From a virus, in the IMG/VR virus record IMGVR_UViG_3300025849_000009: a stretch of 64,000 bases of DNA. One strand, written 5' to 3'. Both the position numbers and the translations under genes were made by a program. The notes below the pieces were generated by a model that saw nothing but the letters and a program-made list of their open reading frames with translations, ran no database searches and was not told where the DNA came from. Positions 19,203 through 28,744 of this stretch are shown in pieces. Within the stretch, counting starts at the first letter, position 1; each line of letters opens with the position of its first letter.

Positions 19203-19210
19203 TATATATC
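19203..19210 (-). promoter_or_regulatory. Late-promoter motif GATATATA
   Basis: Intergenic, 18 nt upstream of the ATG at 19184. Confidence 0.65.
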
Positions 19211-19231
19211 TTACTTATCGTGTTTGTACTT

Positions 19232-20623
19232 TTAATAGTTTAAAAATCCTGTTCCAGTTCCTGAACTAGTTCCTCCACTTCCACCTGATTGAGATGGTGT
19301 TGGTTGTGCTGTTGGAATTGGACCATCACCTGTTCCTGAACCTGTTCCCGAACCTGTTCCGCTAGTCGGGACAGGTGTTGGTTGTGCTGTTGGAATTGGA
19401 CCATCACCTGTTCCTGAACCTGTTCCCGAACCTGTTCCGCTAGTCGGGACAGGTGTTGGTTGTGCTGTTGGAATTGGACCTGAACCACTTCCACTTCCAC
19501 TAGTTGGAACTGGTGTTGGCTGTGCCGTTGGAACTGGCGTTGGTTGTGCTGTTGGACTTGGACCTGAACCACTTCCACTTCCACTAGTTGGAACTGGGGT
19601 TGGTTGTGCTGTTGGAACTGGGGTTGCAGTCGGATCAGGTACATTTGAATTTGGTGACCCGTCACTGTTTGCATCAATGTCTCCACCTCCAATAGAAATG
19701 GTGTCAGTTATTACTGGACTTCCATCAGCATATGCATTAATGTCTCCGCCTATAATTCCAATACTATCTGCTACTCCGCTACCACAATCTGTACATAATT
19801 CTCTCCATTCCGGTGAACCACCATTATAATAATAAGCTTCAGCAATATCTAAATCACTATTAAATCTTATCATACCTACTTGTGGATTTACTGGTCTTTG
19901 TCCAGTTCCACCATAAGGCAATCTTACATAACCTTTAAATTCGGCATTTATATCTACATCTAATATACCACTACCTGAAGCTTCTAAACTAAGGTTGTTT
20001 GATCCAGTCGTTTTAATTGCTACACCTTCACCTTGAAAATATGCATTAGAACTAGTAGCAACCAAAGATATTTTATTGGTAGTTGCACCAAACTCTATAT
20101 TATTACTACCAAAATTATTTTTAAAAGCAAATCTTTTATAAGCTCCGCTTTCTTCACTAGTTAATACTAAACCATGAATTGAGTCATGAAACAATTTTAG
20201 ATAATTTGCAAAAACACTATCAGTTGCTATTGTCAATCTTGCATTTGATGAAACATCGCCGTCATTAGAATCTTCTTCAAATGTAGAATCTCCTAGCCAA
20301 ATTATAGGAAGTTGTAAATCAGTTCCTCTTTTAGGTTTTAGAATAGTAACCTCATTTTGTCCATCTGAATTAGCATCTAATTCAACTTTGTACCATGGAC
20401 TATCAGTTGCTCCTGAATCTCCTTTTAGACCAGTATTACCAATCTCACCTTTTTCACCTTTTTGTCCTGTAGAACCAACTTGACCTTGATCTCCTTTTTG
20501 CCCTTTAGGACCAACAGGTCCACCTCCGTTTGCCAATATCTGGTCAAAGTTATAGTTGATTTTTTCAAACTTAATAGAGTCTGAATCACTCGGGTGTAGT
20601 ATCTCTTGAATGTTAATTGCCAT
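19232..20623 (-). CDS. Collagen-like tail fibre protein with PT/GS low-complexity tail
   Basis: N-terminal KINYNF motif, 13 G-X-Y triplets, RLPYGGTGQRP...GMIRFNSD fibre motif, C-terminal PTAQPTPV/GTGS repeats. Confidence 0.75.
   Translation of the reverse strand: MAINIQEILHPSDSDSIKFEKINYNFDQILANGGGPVGPKGQKGDQGQVGSTGQKGEKGEIGNTGLKGDSGATDSPWYKVELDANSDGQNEVTILKPKRGTDLQLPIIWLGDSTFEEDSNDGDVSSNARLTIATDSVFANYLKLFHDSIHGLVLTSEESGAYKRFAFKNNFGSNNIEFGATTNKISLVATSSNAYFQGEGVAIKTTGSNNLSLEASGSGILDVDINAEFKGYVRLPYGGTGQRPVNPQVGMIRFNSDLDIAEAYYYNGGSPEWRELCTDCGSGVADSIGIIGGDINAYADGSPVITDTISIGGGDIDANSDGSPNSNVPDPTATPVPTAQPTPVPTSGSGSGSGPSPTAQPTPVPTAQPTPVPTSGSGSGSGPIPTAQPTPVPTSGTGSGTGSGTGDGPIPTAQPTPVPTSGTGSGTGSGTGDGPIPTAQPTPSQSGGSGGTSSGTGTGFLNY
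19250..19642 (-). repeat. Nested tandem repeats (PTAQPTPVPT / SGTGSGTGSGTGDG / SGSGSGSG)
   Basis: Includes an exact duplication with 78-nt period near 19295-19480. Confidence 0.9.
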
Positions 20624-20624
20624 T

Positions 20625-23600
20625 TTATGACTTTATTTTTATCATAGGTTTAATGTCGTAAGAATATCCTAATCTTTTATTATATATCAATCTAAAATTC
20701 ATAGGCTTTTGTTTATGAGATTTAAATCTAAAATTATTATCCGGTGTAAATCCACCAGCACGAATATCTTCATATATGTTTATTATCGATGAAGGTCTTC
20801 CTTTAAAATCCCTGGTATACAGCGATATAGAATCTACCACAAATTTTTCAATAATATTATTATTAATATAGAAGTTTGCATCATCAACTAACGTTGTTTT
20901 ATCTCCAGCTGAATCTTCAACATTCACATATTTATTTATTACATCAAACACTCCGTCATTTCTTAGCAACCTAGTGGCAGCATCAGTAATATAAAAATCT
21001 GCAACTATTTGTTTTTCATCCTCAAACATAGTTACTTCAGTTTTATTTATACCATTCTTTAAAATAAAATCTAAGTCTTCTTGGCTGTCTACACTCTGAT
21101 ATGTAAAAGAAGTAATGTCATACTCATTTTTAATTTTCATCGCGGTAGATCCAAGATAAGATTTTTCTTCAGTGTTATCTAGCGTTCCCGGTATATCCTC
21201 TGATTTACCACCAGATAGTGCCCTAGTGTAATAATTTGCATCCCACGAAGATCTAAATACATTCACATCTTTTTTAGAAATAGCAATTTCATTAATAAGT
21301 GGATATAATGGTAATTTATCGGAAGACTCTGATAGTTTAGTGATACCGTTTGGATTTATTTCATTTACCTTGTGATAAAAATGATTTTTTATAATACCCC
21401 AACTAGAATCATGGATGTTGTTGTCTATGATAAGTCCCACATTAAATGTAGTACCACATCTATTATATCTGTTATAATATGATTTAGCAGTTTTTAATTC
21501 ATATGAATCATTCATAGCATGCCTGTATAAAAATGACTCAAATTGAGCTTCTCTATTGTCTACTGTAGCCTGTACTCTATTAGATTTAAAATGAGTATAC
21601 ATATCAGTAAATGTAACAACAGGTTTAAATCCTACGGTATATGATCCACTGTGTCTTATTAAGAATGGATAATATTCTGCATCATTTGATTTAATCAAAT
21701 TATAACCAATAATACCTTTAAATAATTTAAAACTCTTTGGTTTATCATTATCTTCTTCTACAGAAAGGGTCGCATATTTTATAATTTCATTTCCATCTTC
21801 AAAATTAATAGTAAACCTATTTGTGTTTATTTCTCCATCTTCCTCTATTGTAGTATATTTAACACTATCATCATTTAAGTTTATCATTTCTGCAACACTA
21901 TTAATAGATAGTTTTTCTAAAAGAACTTTGTGTATATTTGTTCCACCATCTTTATAGTAATATTTTATTTTACTTTGTAAATAGTTGGGTAAAAACTCTA
22001 CATCTAGAATATCAGATGGATCATTCACATTTACAGGTTTCCCTTGTACTTTAATAATATTATCACCTTCTACAGTGTAAATTGAAAACTTATAAATTGT
22101 ATTTCCAGGAGTTTCAGGATATAAGTCCATTAAAACATCACCATATAATCCATTTTCTCCTAATAAAATTTGATCATCGAAATTAGGCATACTTCCGTCA
22201 ATATGAGGAATACCTTCTATTGTAAATGGTAATTCCCCTGAAAAATCAGCTTGGTTCCAATTTAGCGCACCATCAAACGAAGTGTTGGCATAAATATAAT
22301 CTTCACCCGCATGATCATATACGATTTTGTGATTTAATTCATATAATAGTTTTCTATTCATGTTTCCTTTCACCCAATAATCGCTAAGATTCATTGTAAT
22401 AAAAAAGATTACATACTTAAACTTCTTGTTTTGAATAACTTCAAATTCTATATCATTTGTTTCAGTGTCAGTATTTGTTTTTAATAAAATACTAAATTTA
22501 TAACCATTAAATTCACTACTTTTAACAAAATCAAGTGCAGTTTTATTTGCAAATTCTTTTCTATTTTTTAATACAACTTTTAAACCTTTGAATATAGTGT
22601 TAGCAAAAGCATTTGTATCACCGCCATCTATCAATGTATATTTTTTCTTTAATTCTGTTTTAAAGAACGTATTATTAATATCATCAGGGTTTAAATAACC
22701 CTCTGTGTATTCTCCGAATTTTTGAAATATAGATTCTAAATCTTCCTGATTTAGATTTTTTTCAAATCCTTCAGAAATCATAAATTTATCAAAATAATTA
22801 TTTTTAGTACTTTTGAATAAATCAGATGTTAATTCAAAATCTTCAATAAAGTTTACATATGAAAAACCTTGGTTTAATTCGTCGTATCTTAAATACTTTG
22901 GATTTTTATCCATGTAAAACCATTCATGTGTCATGTCATTTTTATTACGACCAATTGCACTTAAATCAGGGGAGAAATTAGTTCTACCAAACGCTTCGTT
23001 AGTATTTAAGTAGTATGGTTGTTCTTTAACATTTAATGAATCTTTTAGAACCCACTTGTTAATATTAGGAACAACTCTAGATTTAGTAGCAAATTCTTTT
23101 AATTCGTTTTCTTTTAATCTATCAAATTCACTTGTAATATTTTCAGATAATTCTTCGTCGATAGTTTCTTCAGATAATATTCCGGATAAATTAGAAAAAT
23201 AATCAACAGGTTCTAGTGCATAATTATCATCAAATATGTCACTGGCAGCTAATATTGAATTAAATTCAGATGTGATTGGATCTATATTTAATATAGCGCT
23301 TTCATATGGTTCGTAATTTATATTGCTTCTTGTTTCTAAAGAAAGTTCCTTTAAATTAGAATTTGAAGTGTCATAAAAATCAAAGTCCATGTCATATAGA
23401 TCATACACCGAGAACAAACCAACATGTACTATATTGTTATTAAAGACCCTTGCTTCTCCGTCATTAATATCTGAATCTAAAGACAATATTATTTTAGATC
23501 TAGTAGAGTTAACAGAATCAATATCTTCGACAATATCTAAAACTTTGTTGTAAATACCTTTATAATTAGTTTCTAAATAATCACCAACTGATATTTCACT

Positions 23601-26600
23601 TAAAGTTGTATTATCAACAAACACTGATCTGTTACGAGTGTTACCTCCATTTAAATAATGAGCTCTCCAATTTTCTTTTATAGAATTGGCACCTTTTTTG
23701 AGGTTTAATATATTATTTAAATCTTCATTTTCTACTTTAATAAAATCAGTAACATTCTCTTTGTTTACCAATACAACATGTTGTTTTAGTCTATATCCAG
23801 GTACATTTGTTTTTACAAAAACATCTGACCCTACATTATATGACTCTAATTCACCTTCATCGTTTTGTATCGCAGACGCCAACGCGGATGCTATATCTCC
23901 AGTAGTTCCTTGATTAGAAAATTGTTGTCCTTTATAAGTTCCTTTTGGTAGTGTATAATTAGAAACATATGTTCTATCTTGTAAATTAACATTAGATTGG
24001 AGTTGATCAACTCTAACAATAGAACTGATTGCACCTACAACTCTCATATTAAGATTGCCTAGATTTGTTTTAATTTCAGTTATATTTACAGACTTAGTAT
24101 TATAATCAAAAGTAATGTTTAAGTTTGCATCTTTTGGTGCAGCTATAATGTTAGCTACGGTAGTTTCAAAATCAACACCTAATTCTATATCATTATCGAA
24201 CAAATCAGATTCGATACCATCTTCTTCTATTTTAATATTAATTAATTCTCCAGGTGCGTGTTTAATAAACGTAAACTTATATGATTCTTCTCTTGATTCT
24301 AATACAGCTATTTTATCAGCACTATCAGGTGCACCTGTTATTGTCATTTTAACAAAATCAAAACCTTGATCTTCATTTCTAGTTAAATTAACAGATCTAC
24401 CAACATGAGAAATACCTATGGTTTTTGATATAACTTCATTGTTGCCGTCTACTTTAACTTCTAATTTTGAAGGATTGTAAAAACCAGAGTTTGATATCTT
24501 ATAAAAAATATCATTTATCTTTACATAACCTAAAGTCGGTGATGTAGACATTTGTTTATAACTAGGAATTGCCGTAATTGAATTTGTACTATCAATTAAT
24601 GAATCAATTTTACCAAAAGTAATTACATTGTTACTAACAGAATTAATTTCACCTACACCAGAATCCACAGTATCAACATATAATCCAAAATATCTACTAA
24701 CACTATAATCAGACCCTTCGTTATCGTCAAATAAGAATTCCAAATTCAATATATTAGCACATAACATGTCATTTCTTTTAAAACCATCGGTTATAAAATC
24801 ATTGGCCTCAATAAGGGGTTTGTCAGTTTCTACAAAATCTTTGTAAATGTATTCACCCTTGCTAGTTAATTCACCTGATTTTAAATCTATACCATTATAA
24901 TTAGTATTTTCATTTTTGTTAAACGAAACAGTTAACGGTGCTTTAGGGAAAGTTTCTTGTTGAACATGAGATCTAATATATTTTCCTAAATCTGAATCTT
25001 TTGATAAATCAAATGATTTAATTATCTCAGCATTTTTTAACATGCTGGAAATTCTATCAGCGTTGCTACTATTCGTATGAGTAGAATCCAATAAACTAGG
25101 ATCTTTTACTTTAAATATTACAAAATTATTTGGCATATTATTATCTGCCCATATAGGTGCAAACATTTTATAACTCTCATCATAATTTTTAGAATAATTA
25201 TAAGTAGTTCCATATTGATATTCCTCTTCTACTTGTTTATTATAAGAATCATGTACCGTTAAATCAGAATTAACTCTTTTTGTTAAGTATATTAAATCAG
25301 ATGGAGTTCCAGTAGCTCTAAAAAAAGAAGATACGTCTTTGGCATAATTTCCATTTGGATTAATAGGATTTTTTTTATATTTTATTCCCGCTAATTTTTC
25401 ACTGGCGCTTATACTCTCCAAATATACCGTACCACTAGAATCTGTAACTATTTTTATATTTCCAGATAATTTAGGATTAGTTCTTAATAAAGGCTTGGCG
25501 ACATTATCTAGTTTATAATTAGTTTCCGTGTTAAAATTTGGACCAGCTTTAACAGAATCATAACCACTAACGAATGGAAACGTATATGTTTTATTAATTT
25601 CAATTTCACTACCAAGAACGCATGGTGCACCATTATTTTCATAAATGTTAATAGTCTCTTCGCTACTAAAACCTAGTTCAATTCCACTAGAAACAACGGG
25701 CCTTATTTTAGAATCATTAAAATTATTTTTTAGTAATAACACGGCATCATCTATGTCTTCTGCAATAATTCTAGAAACATATGATAAACATTCTCCAGTG
25801 TTGTTAGACACAACTACATTTCCTATCGTTAAATCATCTATAAAATCTTTTATGTGACTGCCCGTGTCTCCTGATGTATTTGTATGTAGACCATCTATTA
25901 CATAGACTGGCCAAAATATATCTTCAGTTGTATAACCACCATCTGGCCCTTCGGGTCCTTCGATTTCAGGAGTATAAGAATAGAATGCATAAAAGTTATT
26001 ATTAGCAGAGTCACCTTCAATAAGATCTGAAATATTAATGTCAGGCCTATTATTATATGTTGAACAAGAACCCAGTTCAAAAATATTATTTCCAACCGCT
26101 AACTTATTATTGACATCATAACCATACCAATTTAAATTTTTACCATCACCTAAATTATCCCATGCTAAATATTCATCGCTGTTTCCTACTGCGAATATAT
26201 TTGATTCAAATAAATCCAATGGATCCTGTCCTTGTGCACCTAAACTAGATTTGTATATTGCAATATTTGATTTTCCTAATTCTAACAAGGTAGTAATAGC
26301 AGGCGCACCCACATCTCTACTAAACCATAAAACAACGTCTTCGAGTTCACCAGAATATTGTCCTGTACAAAATTCATTTAAATTTGGATCATCAAAGTTT
26401 GGTAAATATTGAACAATAATTTGTTTTATTTCTTGTGCAACTTCTTTTTCACACTCAAACTCAAATCCAGCTGGTTCATTGTTGTTTTCTCCCCATGTGT
26501 TATTAGATGATCTTTTATAAAATACATCTAAAGCAATATCGGTATCTCCATAAACTCCGCTTTCTATTGAGCTCTGTACTACATTAGTGATAGTGAATAA

Positions 26601-28664
26601 ATCTGAGTCATACTCGTTAGAGAATATTTGTATAGAACCATTTACCAATTCAAGTAAAGTTTTTGGACCATTATCACCGTTATACCAAAGATCTGTAATC
26701 TGTATATCATCGTCACAATATGCATTTTCACTACTTGCATACCTAACGGCCGTGGATATAGAACTAGCATTACTTTCACAATCTTTAATACTAGTGATCA
26801 CTCCGTTAGCATTGATACCTAATACTCTAGTTTTACTAGAATCAGAAACCTTTATGTATATTGCAGTATTACTTGGCCTTGTAACCTTATTATTTAAATC
26901 TTGATCATAATAAACTGTGTCACCTATTGATAATTCACTAGTATTGTTTGCATATGTTGTTCCACCATAAACATTTGTAGTTGCAGGTGCGATACACATA
27001 GCATCTGGATCACTACCAAACGATGATGCATCCATTTCGAAATACGGAACAGCCTCAATGGCAAAGTTAATAGTTAGTGGAGCTGATTGTTCTTCTTTAC
27101 TATCCCGGCCTATGATGACCCATGTATCTCCACCAAAATGGCCAAGATTAGGCGTATATGTTACCTCTAGATTATTAGATGTTTGTATTAATTGAATTGT
27201 ACCATTTGAAACAACAGTATCTTCAATAATTGTTATAGCGTCGTTATCAGCGTCCTGTATACCAATGTTAAATACAACGCTTGAGTTTTGTTGTAGTTGT
27301 ATTAATCCAGGATCTGTTAAAACAGGCGCAAAGTTTATTGGGTTTATTGTTATTGTACCAGGAAGAGAAACGTTCCCTTCTGAATCGGTCGCTGTAAAAG
27401 TAAAAGAATCTTGTCCGTATACTGCTGCAGTGTGAGTATAAGTAAAGAGATCACCGCCATCTGCGGCTAATGTTCCTTTAGTTGGCTGATCTACTATAGT
27501 ATATGTTAAACCACCAGAAGAGTCCACGTTATCAGAAGCTTCTAATATAATAGAGAGCGATCCGTTCCAACTTATATCATATGCCTCGTTTTCTGGAACT
27601 GGAGCCGAAGTATCATTTACGTTAACAACACGAGTTACTTCTACTGCGTCATTATTATTTGAATCAGTTACGTTATATGTTATATTATATTGACCAACCG
27701 TTGTGTTGTCAACTGTATCACCACCTACAACTACAAGACCAGTAAGAGTTGCATTGTTGTCATAATTATCGGTTGCCGCGAAACCAGGATCGCTATATGG
27801 ATCACCAATATTGATATTTAGTGGATTATCTCCTTGAAGTACAATTTCAGGTATTGTAGTATCTACGACACGAACTTCTCTAGTAACTTCAACTGCATTG
27901 TTTCCTGAGGCGTCACTAACATTATATGTAATTGTATAAACACCAACAGTGGTTGGATCTACATCATTGAAAACAACAATGTTACCAGAAATGTCACCAT
28001 CTACATCATCTGACGCAGTAGCACCTTGATCGATGTAGGGACCTGCAAAAAATGGATCTACCTCGATAGTTACTATAGCATTACCAGTGAGTGATATTAC
28101 GGGAGCAACCGTATCTGGAACTGGTGTTGGTTGTACAGTTGGAGCTGGTGTTGGAGTCGGAACTACATTTACAGTTCTAATTACCGTAGCTGCGTTAGGA
28201 TATGTATATGTTACTGTATAACTACCAGGAGTGGTGTCATCTACTTGATTGTCTATGACTATAGTTCCACCAGTACTATACTCCTCTTCTAAAGTAGCAC
28301 CCTGATCAGTATATGTGGTGCCTGCTTCGTGATCATCAATAAGATTATTACCATTTAACGTAATTACAGGAGTACAAAACGGTGCGCCACCACTTGTATC
28401 ATTTGAGAATAACTCTTTAACTTCACCATTTGAGTCTATTCTTAATACATATAAACCTAGTTCTGAAATATACCATTTATCTTGTCCGTCCCATGTAAGA
28501 GTTTGAGCGATATCTGAATATAAGAATGTTCCCGAATTTGTACCATCGTTTGCAGTTAATGTTCCAGTGTAATTTAAAGTTACTATTCCATCAACACCAC
28601 TAAAACACAGATCAGCTGCTTGATCCGCACCATTATTAGAATTTCTTAATACAATATTTGCCAT
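20625..28664 (-). CDS. Giant (2679 aa) virion protein: N-terminal Ig-like adhesin repeats fused to a putative baseplate body
   Basis: Three DUF5011/HYR-like repeats (PVITLNG, PVISLTG, PEIVLQG...YTITYNVSD...VTRxV), two cadherin/Big-like repeats (YTHT...GQDSFTF), then a long C-terminal region. Confidence 0.6.
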   Translation of the reverse strand: MANIVLRNSNNGADQAADLCFSGVDGIVTLNYTGTLTANDGTNSGTFLYSDIAQTLTWDGQDKWYISELGLYVLRIDSNGEVKELFSNDTSGGAPFCTPVITLNGNNLIDDHEAGTTYTDQGATLEEEYSTGGTIVIDNQVDDTTPGSYTVTYTYPNAATVIRTVNVVPTPTPAPTVQPTPVPDTVAPVISLTGNAIVTIEVDPFFAGPYIDQGATASDDVDGDISGNIVVFNDVDPTTVGVYTITYNVSDASGNNAVEVTREVRVVDTTIPEIVLQGDNPLNINIGDPYSDPGFAATDNYDNNATLTGLVVVGGDTVDNTTVGQYNITYNVTDSNNNDAVEVTRVVNVNDTSAPVPENEAYDISWNGSLSIILEASDNVDSSGGLTYTIVDQPTKGTLAADGGDLFTYTHTAAVYGQDSFTFTATDSEGNVSLPGTITINPINFAPVLTDPGLIQLQQNSSVVFNIGIQDADNDAITIIEDTVVSNGTIQLIQTSNNLEVTYTPNLGHFGGDTWVIIGRDSKEEQSAPLTINFAIEAVPYFEMDASSFGSDPDAMCIAPATTNVYGGTTYANNTSELSIGDTVYYDQDLNNKVTRPSNTAIYIKVSDSSKTRVLGINANGVITSIKDCESNASSISTAVRYASSENAYCDDDIQITDLWYNGDNGPKTLLELVNGSIQIFSNEYDSDLFTITNVVQSSIESGVYGDTDIALDVFYKRSSNNTWGENNNEPAGFEFECEKEVAQEIKQIIVQYLPNFDDPNLNEFCTGQYSGELEDVVLWFSRDVGAPAITTLLELGKSNIAIYKSSLGAQGQDPLDLFESNIFAVGNSDEYLAWDNLGDGKNLNWYGYDVNNKLAVGNNIFELGSCSTYNNRPDINISDLIEGDSANNNFYAFYSYTPEIEGPEGPDGGYTTEDIFWPVYVIDGLHTNTSGDTGSHIKDFIDDLTIGNVVVSNNTGECLSYVSRIIAEDIDDAVLLLKNNFNDSKIRPVVSSGIELGFSSEETINIYENNGAPCVLGSEIEINKTYTFPFVSGYDSVKAGPNFNTETNYKLDNVAKPLLRTNPKLSGNIKIVTDSSGTVYLESISASEKLAGIKYKKNPINPNGNYAKDVSSFFRATGTPSDLIYLTKRVNSDLTVHDSYNKQVEEEYQYGTTYNYSKNYDESYKMFAPIWADNNMPNNFVIFKVKDPSLLDSTHTNSSNADRISSMLKNAEIIKSFDLSKDSDLGKYIRSHVQQETFPKAPLTVSFNKNENTNYNGIDLKSGELTSKGEYIYKDFVETDKPLIEANDFITDGFKRNDMLCANILNLEFLFDDNEGSDYSVSRYFGLYVDTVDSGVGEINSVSNNVITFGKIDSLIDSTNSITAIPSYKQMSTSPTLGYVKINDIFYKISNSGFYNPSKLEVKVDGNNEVISKTIGISHVGRSVNLTRNEDQGFDFVKMTITGAPDSADKIAVLESREESYKFTFIKHAPGELINIKIEEDGIESDLFDNDIELGVDFETTVANIIAAPKDANLNITFDYNTKSVNITEIKTNLGNLNMRVVGAISSIVRVDQLQSNVNLQDRTYVSNYTLPKGTYKGQQFSNQGTTGDIASALASAIQNDEGELESYNVGSDVFVKTNVPGYRLKQHVVLVNKENVTDFIKVENEDLNNILNLKKGANSIKENWRAHYLNGGNTRNRSVFVDNTTLSEISVGDYLETNYKGIYNKVLDIVEDIDSVNSTRSKIILSLDSDINDGEARVFNNNIVHVGLFSVYDLYDMDFDFYDTSNSNLKELSLETRSNINYEPYESAILNIDPITSEFNSILAASDIFDDNYALEPVDYFSNLSGILSEETIDEELSENITSEFDRLKENELKEFATKSRVVPNINKWVLKDSLNVKEQPYYLNTNEAFGRTNFSPDLSAIGRNKNDMTHEWFYMDKNPKYLRYDELNQGFSYVNFIEDFELTSDLFKSTKNNYFDKFMISEGFEKNLNQEDLESIFQKFGEYTEGYLNPDDINNTFFKTELKKKYTLIDGGDTNAFANTIFKGLKVVLKNRKEFANKTALDFVKSSEFNGYKFSILLKTNTDTETNDIEFEVIQNKKFKYVIFFITMNLSDYWVKGNMNRKLLYELNHKIVYDHAGEDYIYANTSFDGALNWNQADFSGELPFTIEGIPHIDGSMPNFDDQILLGENGLYGDVLMDLYPETPGNTIYKFSIYTVEGDNIIKVQGKPVNVNDPSDILDVEFLPNYLQSKIKYYYKDGGTNIHKVLLEKLSINSVAEMINLNDDSVKYTTIEEDGEINTNRFTINFEDGNEIIKYATLSVEEDNDKPKSFKLFKGIIGYNLIKSNDAEYYPFLIRHSGSYTVGFKPVVTFTDMYTHFKSNRVQATVDNREAQFESFLYRHAMNDSYELKTAKSYYNRYNRCGTTFNVGLIIDNNIHDSSWGIIKNHFYHKVNEINPNGITKLSESSDKLPLYPLINEIAISKKDVNVFRSSWDANYYTRALSGGKSEDIPGTLDNTEEKSYLGSTAMKIKNEYDITSFTYQSVDSQEDLDFILKNGINKTEVTMFEDEKQIVADFYITDAATRLLRNDGVFDVINKYVNVEDSAGDKTTLVDDANFYINNNIIEKFVVDSISLYTRDFKGRPSSIINIYEDIRAGGFTPDNNFRFKSHKQKPMNFRLIYNKRLGYSYDIKPMIKIKS

Positions 28665-28704
28665 CTATTAAAATCTTTTTTGCATACAATACTTTTGTCT
28701 GTAT

Positions 28705-28712
28705 TATATATC
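28705..28712 (-). promoter_or_regulatory. Late-promoter motif GATATATA
   Basis: Intergenic, upstream of the 2679-aa gene. Confidence 0.65.
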
Positions 28713-28744
28713 CAGATTTATTATAGACTATCGTATGTCGTGGT

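Noticed and set aside
19240-19692. 150-aa Gln/Val-rich minus-strand ORF
   Set aside because: Alternative-frame reading of the PT/GS repeats; no independent start signal or frameshift evidence
17625-28664. Diversity-generating retroelement or invertase-type fibre switching
   Set aside because: No reverse transcriptase, adenine-specific variant repeat pair, recombinase or flanking inverted repeats were seen in the window
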